Origin: an uncultured Chloroflexia bacterium
GTDB taxonomy: Bacteria > Chloroflexota > Limnocylindria > Limnocylindrales > CSP1-4
Assembly: GCA_963813335.1 (NCBI GenBank)
Contig: CAWEYL010000005.1
Coordinates: forward strand, 51,180 to 115,179
Reading direction: 5' to 3'
Length of the DNA stretch: 64,000 nt
Made by a program: the position numbers and the translations under genes. The notes under the pieces were generated by a model. It made no database searches and was not told the origin of the DNA. It worked only from the letters and a program-made list of their open reading frames with translations. This document shows, one piece after another, positions 56,970 to 64,000 of the stretch (positions are counted from its first letter, which is position 1; each line of letters begins with the position of its first letter).

Positions 56970-58045
56970 ATCCAGTCGATCTTGCGCAGGACGATGGCCG
57001 CGGTCAGCGCCACCGCGACGACGATGCCCGTGATCAGCCAGAATCCGCCCGCCTCGCCGCCGCCGAGCGCCGTGCCCGCCTCGCTCATCCCGAAGATGCC
57101 CGCGACCGCGCCGATGCCGGCGAGGATCACCGTCACGCCGGTCAGGCGCTTCATGATCACCGACAGGTTGTTGTTGACCGTCGTCAGGTAGACGTCGAGG
57201 GTCGCCGAGGCGAGCTCGCGGTAGTTGTCGAGCTCGTCGGTCAGGCGGATGACGTGGTCGTAGATGTCGCGGAAGTACGGCAGCTCGTCGTCGTCGATCA
57301 GCGCGATGTCGCGGCTCGTCAGCTGGTTGAACACCTCGCGGACCGGGCTGATCGAGCGGCGGGTGACGATCAGCTCGCGCTTGAGCTTGAACAGCTGCTC
57401 GACGGTCTCCTTGGAGGTCTCGCGCACCACGGCGTCCTGGACATCGTCGATGGCGTCGCCGAGCTTGTCCGCGAAGGGGAAGTAGCCGTCGACGATGTCG
57501 TCCGCCAGCGCCCACAGCAGGTGGTCCGGCCCGTGCTTGAGGATCGGCTCGACGCCCGAGCGTAGGTGCGGCGAGGCGGACGGCTCCCACGACCCGTCGT
57601 GGGCGGTCATCAGATAGCCCTTGCCGAGCACGATGTCCAGCTCCGAGGCCACGGCCTCGTCCTCGTAGGTCAGGTGGAACAGGACGATGTGGACGACGCC
57701 GTCGGTCGTCTCGATCTTGGCCCGCTGGTTGCCCTCGAGGACGTCCTCGACGATCAGCGGGTGCATGTCGAGGATCGTGCCGACCTCGACGACCTGCTCG
57801 CGCGATGCCCCCGCCAGGTCGACCCAGAGGTCCGCGTCGGGGTCGTGGAACAGGTCGGGCAGCGCGGCCAGCGCCGCGTCGTCGGTCCACTGCTGGGCGG
57901 CGCCGTCGATGATGGCGTAGAGCCGCAGGCGGCCGGGGCCGACTCCATCGGTCGCCGAGATGCGGCGCGCGATCACCCCCTCGGCTCGGGGGGCGGGATG
58001 CGGGTTCGGGAGCGACGGATCGCGCTGGGGCGGATCGGCTGCCAT
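56966..58045 (-). CDS. corA: CorA-family Mg2+/Co2+ transporter
   Basis: LWVDL, HPLIVED, YFRDIYDH and two C-terminal TMs with GIFGMS (GMN variant). Confidence 0.88.
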   Translation of the reverse strand: MAADPPQRDPSLPNPHPAPRAEGVIARRISATDGVGPGRLRLYAIIDGAAQQWTDDAALAALPDLFHDPDADLWVDLAGASREQVVEVGTILDMHPLIVEDVLEGNQRAKIETTDGVVHIVLFHLTYEDEAVASELDIVLGKGYLMTAHDGSWEPSASPHLRSGVEPILKHGPDHLLWALADDIVDGYFPFADKLGDAIDDVQDAVVRETSKETVEQLFKLKRELIVTRRSISPVREVFNQLTSRDIALIDDDELPYFRDIYDHVIRLTDELDNYRELASATLDVYLTTVNNNLSVIMKRLTGVTVILAGIGAVAGIFGMSEAGTALGGGEAGGFWLITGIVVAVALTAAIVLRKIDWI

Positions 58046-58067
58046 CGCGGGCAGCATACGCGCCTGC

Positions 58068-59697
58068 TCAGGGAGTCGCGGGCGCCCCGCTGGCCGGCCT
58101 CGGCTCCGCGTCCGCCTCGGCATCCGGCTCGCGTCGCCGGCCGCCGAGCGCCAGCGACGGCGGGACCGCCAGCACCATCACCCCGGCCGCGACCACGAAG
58201 AGCCCGACCATGATCGACGCCGCCTCGCGCGACGCCCATTCCTCCAGGGCGTTCACCACGAGCGGGTCCTTGAGCGGCCGGTCCCGGAGCGCTGCGGGGA
58301 TGAAGTCGAGGTAGGCGTCGGGCGTCGCGTAGACCTGCGCCGAGAGGCGGTCGATGGTGGTCGAGCCGTACGCGGTCAGGATCGCCAGCCCGACCGCCAT
58401 GCCGATCATCCGGGCCACCGTCACCACCGATGACGCCGTCCCGAAGTGGTGCCGCCCGACGGCCTCGACCGCCGCGGTCGAGCGGGGCGTGACGGTCAGC
58501 CCGAACCCCAGCCCGAAGGCCGCCAGCGTCAGGGCCACCGACTCGATCGGCGTGTCCGGCGCCCAGCGCGACATCGCCACGAGCCCGCCGATCGCGAGGG
58601 CCAGCCCGATCAGCGTCACCGCGCGGAGCGACAGCACTCGCACCGCGAACCCGGATCCGAGCGCCCCGACGGCCGTGGCGCCCGCCAGCGCGCCGAGGGC
58701 CAGCCGCTGCTGGTCCGGGCCGCCGTACAGGACGCGGTCGACGAAGACCGCCGCCCCGATGATCGCGGTCGCGAACGCGTAGCCGGTCAGCAGCGAGACC
58801 AGCGCCGCCGCCGAGAACGTCCGGTCCCTGAACAGTCGCGGGTCGAGGAACGGGTCGGCCTGGCGCAGGCCGCGCAGGACCGCGATCGCCGTGGCGACGG
58901 CGGCACCGGCCAGCAGGCCCGCCGTCACCCAGGCCGGCTCGACCGCGCTGCCGGCGATGGAATCCGTGCCGACGAGCGTCAGCCCGACGAGCCCGAGGAG
59001 CATGCGCCAGCCCGAACCACGCGGCTCCGCGGAGGTCCAGCTTCCCGGCCCGCCGCGGCGTGTCCCAGCCCGCCGACGCGGCCCAGCCCAGGAGCAGCGC
59101 GACCAGCCCGATCGGGACGTTGATGAAGAAGACCCAGCGCCAGGCCGGAGCGAGGAACGGCTCGAGGCTCGTGCCCGCGATCGCATCCTCCGCATGCACG
59201 GAGCCGAGGATCGTCGCGCCCACGAACGGCCCGGCGGCCATCCCGAGGAACGTCAGCGCCCCGATGACGCCGAGGGCCCGCGGCCGGTCCGCACCGTCGA
59301 ACAGGTGCGCGGCGGCGGCCGTCGCGACCGGCACGAGCACGCCGCCGCCGGCCGCCTGGACCAGCCGTGCCGCGATGAGCTGGTCCATCGACTGCGACAG
59401 CCCGGCCAGCGCGGAGCCGACGATGAAGATCGACAACCCGGCCATGAACGGCCGGCGGGCGCCCCACAGGTCGGTCATCCGGCCGGCCAGCGGCATCGTG
59501 AGGATGTAGACCAGCAGGTAGCCGTTGATGATCCACGACGCCTTGCGCAGCTCGATCCAGGCGGTGCCCTTCGCCGGGTCGGCGAGGTCCTCGAGGATCG
59601 ACGGCAGCGCGACGGCGGTGATCATCAGCTCGAGCCCGGCCAGGAACACGCCGACGCCGAAGACGGCGAGCAGGACGAGCGCGGACCGGCGGGTCAT
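58068..59697 (-). CDS. MFS efflux transporter (DHA2/EmrB-QacA type), frameshifted near 59000-59030
   Basis: WIINGYLL, GRMTDLWGARR, ARLVQAAGGG, WRWVFFINVPIG and FLDPRLF. Confidence 0.88.
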
Positions 59698-59765
59698 GGC
59701 CGGAGAGTGTAGTGGCGAGATCCGTCGACGCCGGCGCGTCTTGAGCGTCGCGGCCGGGACCAGCG

Positions 59766-61199
59766 CTACCAGGCCGCTGCGGCGCCTGCTCCGAGTCGAC
59801 GTGGTTGGCCCCCATCGGCCGGGACGATCCACAAGTCCCCGAGGGGCGCCTCGAAGAGGATCCAGTCCCGTCAGGCGACCAGCGCGGCAGGAACCCGTCG
59901 GCCAGCCGGACGAGGTGACTCCCGTCGACGTCCATGACGAAGATCCCGCCCTTGTCGTCGGGGACGTCCTGCCGTTGGATGCCGAAAGCGATGCGTCGGC
60001 CGTCCGGTGACAGCGACGGGTCCGGAAGCGATCGCGGGAGCGTCCGCCAGGATGGTCTGCGCCCCGTCGGCGACGTTGACGGTCGCGACCGTCAACCGTC
60101 CCTTGAAGCAGTACGGCTGGACCTCCTTCGCGGCGCAGTCGTTCCGCGCGACGATGATCGACGTGCCATCTGGCGACCACACCGGGGCCCCCACACCTTC
60201 GGACGTCTCGTCAAGGAGTTCCCGCACGCGCGATCCGTCGATGGGAACGATGAAGAGATGCGAGTGCGTCACGTTGGTGCGCTTCCCCCCGGGATCCGCG
60301 TAGTTGCACGGCCGGCACCCCGCGACGACGACGGCCGATCCATCCGGCGACCAGGAGACCACCTCGCCCGCGGCGCCCGAATCGGCGCCTGATGGCAGCG
60401 GCAGGGTCCGCGCGTCCGTCCCGTCGACGTTCGTGACCACCACGGCGTCCATGACCGTCGTCTCGCCCTGCTGGCCGGGGACGCGCCTGGACGATCCGTG
60501 GAGCCCCGCGATCCGCTGCCCATCTGGCGAGATGGCCCAGGCGACGACCCCAGGTTGCTCGCAACATGCCGAAACGAGCCGTCGACCCGCCGCCGTCGGC
60601 GAGCCCAGCGCCCAGACCTTGCCACGCCGATCCGAGAACAGGACGTGGGTCCGGTCGCTCGCCCACTGCAGCTCCGGCGTGTATCCGGTCCTCCAGTCGT
60701 AGGGCACGGTCCCCAGCAGCGTTCGCACTCCGCTGGCGGCATCGAGGGCGTAGACGTCGTAGGTCCCGGTCCCGAAGCCATGGACCGTGTCGAGCGGCAC
60801 GCCGTCGGCACCACGAGCGACGTCGCGGACGAGGATCAGGCCGCCGCCCAGGGGCGGAGCCACGGTCGGAGACGCATCCGGTGTCGGACTCGGGGACGCC
60901 ACGCTCGGCGACGCGGTCGCGATCACCGCCGATGTCGGTGCCGGATCCGTCGGTGGCGGCACGACCACGGACGGCACGTGCAGCAGACCGGAGCCGGCCG
61001 CCACCGCACCGCCGACCAGCAACGCAGCAGCGACCAGCAGGGTCAGCCCGCGCCGCCGACCGAACCTGCGAACGGAGACCGGCGTCGACCGGGGGATCGC
61101 GGCGATGCTCGCACGCAGGTCCGACGGCGCGTCCTCCTCGGCGCCGATCTCACCGTGGTACCACCCTCGAAGGCGCTGCTCGAGATCGAGGTCGGTCAT
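59766..61199 (-). CDS. Anti-sigma-like membrane protein with a TolB/PD40 beta-propeller; several frameshifts at the 3' end
   Basis: DLEQRLR N-terminus, one TM helix, PT linker and repeated WSPDG motifs. Confidence 0.7.
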
Positions 61200-61763
61200 C
61201 GGACAGTTCCCCTTGCTCTCGGCGGAGTCGATGGCGTCTTTGAGCCGCTTGAGCGCGTAGTGGAGCCGCGACTGCACGGTTCCCGCCGGGATGCCGAGAC
61301 GAGTCGCGATCTCGTCGATCGGAAGGTCGCGGTAGTAGCGCAGCGCGACGACGACCTGGTGATCCGGCGACAGGGCGGCGATCGCCGCGCCGACGACGTC
61401 GCGTTCCTCTGTACGACCGGCGTGATCGCCCGTCGCGAGGGCGACTTCGGCTGAGATATCGGTCGCCTGCCACCGCGCGGAGCGGAGGCGGTTCCGGCAG
61501 GTGTTGACGAGGATCCGGTCGAACCACTGCTGGAAGCGGTCGCGATCACGCAGGGTGTCCCAGCCGCGCCACGCCTGGACGAAGGCGTCGTGCGTGGCGT
61601 CCTGCGCATCGGCTGGATCGTGGAGGATCGCCCGGGCCAGTCGATATGCCTGGTCGAGATGCGCATCCGCGAGCTGGATGAATGCCGCGGCACGGGCGCC
61701 CGACTCGCCCGGCTCAAGCGCCGGGCGATCAGCCAACTCGATGACCTCGGACGACCTGTTCAC
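61196..61763 (-). CDS. ECF sigma-70 factor
   Basis: AYRLA, DAQDATHDAF, WFDRILVN.C and EIA..LGIP.GTV.SRLH; start approximate. Confidence 0.88.
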
Positions 61764-61862
61764 GATGACATGACACTCGAGCGGGGCGAAACCTTCACGG
61801 AACCTGCGCCGAACGCTGGATCGGGTCAACCCCGCTCTCGCGACCGTCCTGCGGATCGGACC

Positions 61863-61922
61863 TTGACATCGTCATTCCACGCCGCGTAGCATCAACATCC
61901 GTTGATATCAACCGTCGTTGAT
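61863..61922 (+). promoter_or_regulatory. Sigma70 promoter plus a tandem ArsR-type operator
   Basis: TTGACA-18 bp-TAGCAT, then two adjacent ATCAAC-N4-GTTGAT palindromes at 61891-61906 and 61907-61922. Confidence 0.8.
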
Positions 61923-61959
61923 ACGACGTCCCAGCTCCCCCAGGAGTCCCCACCCAGCC

Positions 61960-62292
61960 GTGCCGACCCCAGCCCACATCCGCACGACCATCGCGTCGAT
62001 CGTCATCCAGCCCGATGACCTCCGCGACCTGCGGGCGTTCCACAAGGCCCTGGCCGACGTGAACCGGCTGCGCATCGTCCGGCGCCTCGCCGAGGGCGAC
62101 GCCTCCATCCGCGAGCTGATCGCCCACGTGGGCCTGAGCCAGCCGCTGGTCAGCCACCACCTCAAGCGCCTCCGCGCCGCCGGGCTCATCCAGAGCCATC
62201 GCGTCGGCCGCGAGACCGTCTGCACCCTCCGCCCCGAAGCCTTCGGCGAGGTCGCCGAGCGCGAGCGCGCCATCCTCGGCATCGCCAGCTAG
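61960..62292 (+). CDS. ArsR/SmtB-family transcriptional regulator
   Basis: KALAD.NRLRI and SQPLVSHHLK.LR.AGLI. Confidence 0.9.
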   Translation: MPTPAHIRTTIASIVIQPDDLRDLRAFHKALADVNRLRIVRRLAEGDASIRELIAHVGLSQPLVSHHLKRLRAAGLIQSHRVGRETVCTLRPEAFGEVAERERAILGIAS

Positions 62293-62305
62293 CCAGGGTC
62301 CTGCC

Positions 62306-62953
62306 ATGACGATCTCCAACGAGTCCCGCTCCGCGATCAAGAGGGTCTTCGAGCCGATCGCGCTCGCCATGGGCCGGGTCGGGCTGACGCCGAACGGCCT
62401 GACCCTCATCGGGTTCGCCATCACCGTGGCCGGGTCCGTCCTCGTCGGGCTCCAGGCCTGGGTCGTCGGCGGCATCGTCGTCTTCGTCGGCGGCGTGTTC
62501 GACATGTTCGACGGCACGCTGGCCCGCGCCACCGGCAAGGCCAGCCGGTTCGGCGCCTTCATGGACTCGACCTTCGACAAGGCCGGCGAGATCATCGTCT
62601 TCCTCGGCGTCATCGCCGGCATGCAGGCGGCCGGCGCCGCGGACGTACCCGTCCTCGTCGGCGCCGCGGCCATGGGCGCCTCGATCATGGTCAGCTACGC
62701 CCGGGCGAAGTCCGACGGCCTCGGCTACACCTCGGGCATGGGCCTGGCGGCGGTCGGGCTGATGCCCCGCGAGGTCCGCCTCGTCCTCATCTCGCTCGGC
62801 ATCGTCCTGACCGGGACGGGCATCGGCCTCACCGCCATCGAGCTGGCGCTCGGCATCATCCTGGTCGGAGCCGTCATCACCGTCATCCAGCGGATCCTGT
62901 TCGTCCGCCGCGAAGATCAGCAGCAGTCAACCCCCACCACCCCAGCCCACTGA
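62306..62953 (+). CDS. CDP-alcohol phosphatidyltransferase (PI/PIP-synthase-like)
   Basis: [14 protein letters not shown]...GAFMDSTFD and SYARAK. Confidence 0.9.
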   Translation: MTISNESRSAIKRVFEPIALAMGRVGLTPNGLTLIGFAITVAGSVLVGLQAWVVGGIVVFVGGVFDMFDGTLARATGKASRFGAFMDSTFDKAGEIIVFLGVIAGMQAAGAADVPVLVGAAAMGASIMVSYARAKSDGLGYTSGMGLAAVGLMPREVRLVLISLGIVLTGTGIGLTAIELALGIILVGAVITVIQRILFVRREDQQQSTPTTPAH

Positions 62954-62976
62954 ACCGGGAGCAACGGAGAACGAAC

Positions 62977-64000
62977 GTGAGCAAGAACGGCAGCAACGGC
63001 AAGAACGGCTCGACGCCGACCAACACCTGGGCAGGCGCCGGTCGCCGCGGCGACGGCAAGATCCGCGTCGCGATCGTCGGCGTCGGCAACTGCGCGAGCA
63101 GCCTCGTCCAGGGGCGCTACTACTACGAGGACGCCAAGGAGGACGACTTCGTCCCCGGGTTGATGCACGTCAACCTCGGCGGCTACCACATCCGCGACAT
63201 CGACTTCGTGGCCGCCTTCGATATCGACAAGAACAAGGTCGGCAAGGACCTGGCCGAGGCGATCTACACGAAGCCGAACAACACGTTCGTCTTCCAGCAG
63301 GTGCCCAAGACCGGCGTGACCGTCGAGCGCGGCATGGTCCACGACGGCCTCGGCAAGTACCTCAGCCAGATCATCGAGAAGGCCCCCGGTGAGACCGCCG
63401 ACATCGTCGGCATCCTCAAGGAGCGCCAGGTCGACGTGATGGTCTCCTACCTGCCGGTCGGCAGCGAGGAAGCCACCAAGTGGTACGCGGAACAGGCCCT
63501 CGCCGCCGGCGTCGGCTTCGTCAACGCCATCCCGGTCTTCATCGGCCGCGAGCCGTACTGGCAGCGCCGCTTCGCCGACGCCGGCCTGCCGCTCATCGGC
63601 GACGACATCAAGAGCCAGGTCGGCGCGACCATCAGCCACCGCGTCCTGACCCGCCTGTTCATGGACCGCGGCGTCCGCCTCGACCGCACCTACCAGCTGA
63701 ACTTCGGCGGCAACACCGACTTCCTGAACATGCTCGAGCGCGAGCGCCTCGAGTCCAAGAAGATCTCGAAGACCAACGCGGTCACCTCGATGCTCGACTA
63801 CGAGCTCGACGAGGACGACATCCACGTCGGCCCGAGCGACCACGTGCCGTGGCTCAAGGACCGCAAGTGGTGCTACATCCGGATGGAGGGCACGACCTAC
63901 GGCGACGTGCCGCTCAACGTCGAGCTCAAGCTCGAGGTCTGGGACAGCCCGAACAGCGCGGGCGTCATCACCGACGCCATCCGCTGCCTGAAGCTGGGCC
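62977..64000 (+). CDS. ino1: myo-Inositol-1-phosphate synthase (runs off the window end)
   Basis: [34 protein letters not shown] and WDSPNSAG. Confidence 0.95.
   Translation, partial: MSKNGSNGKNGSTPTNTWAGAGRRGDGKIRVAIVGVGNCASSLVQGRYYYEDAKEDDFVPGLMHVNLGGYHIRDIDFVAAFDIDKNKVGKDLAEAIYTKPNNTFVFQQVPKTGVTVERGMVHDGLGKYLSQIIEKAPGETADIVGILKERQVDVMVSYLPVGSEEATKWYAEQALAAGVGFVNAIPVFIGREPYWQRRFADAGLPLIGDDIKSQVGATISHRVLTRLFMDRGVRLDRTYQLNFGGNTDFLNMLERERLESKKISKTNAVTSMLDYELDEDDIHVGPSDHVPWLKDRKWCYIRMEGTTYGDVPLNVELKLEVWDSPNSAGVITDAIRCLKLG

Noticed and set aside
59871-61829. Apparent 652-aa ECF sigma/anti-sigma fusion ORF
   Set aside because: Removing one G from the GGGG run near 61210 gives ...SKGTVR-stop with an ATGA overlap onto the anti-sigma start, the usual two-gene layout; most likely a homopolymer error.

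Overview
High-GC bacterial chromosomal window, mostly housekeeping genes. Gene content and arrangement suggest Chloroflexota, possibly Limnocylindria-like; this is inference and was not tested. In order it holds: a thioesterase/acyP/holB/NYN/GNAT block; a liv-type ABC importer; hpt; csoR with its operator; rsmG; a KimA-like K+ transporter with USP and two TrkA/RCK genes; an hspR-lon-dnaJ-like-clpB heat-shock operon with a HAIR-like operator; purH and glpX; an F420-type LLM oxidoreductase; folK; a MidA/NDUFAF7 methyltransferase; a complete complex I (nuo) operon; otsB; a sortase-like gene; corA; an MFS pump; an ECF sigma/anti-sigma pair; and an ArsR-pgsA-ino1 operon. The standout feature is the nuo operon. 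nuoI appears split in two by an inserted three-gene electron-input module resembling HydABC/StnABC. The N-half of NuoI is fused to a cluster-less NuoE fragment, a degenerate HydB-like NuoF follows, and a NuoG-N/GltD (NADPH-type flavoprotein) fusion ends in the C-half of NuoI. This suggests a complex I with an NADP(H)-specific input arm and Fe-S clusters shared between two polypeptides. Many single-base frameshifts, probably long-read assembly indels, affect otherwise intact genes, so fusion calls need confirmation. I saw no tRNA, rRNA, CRISPR array or transposase.
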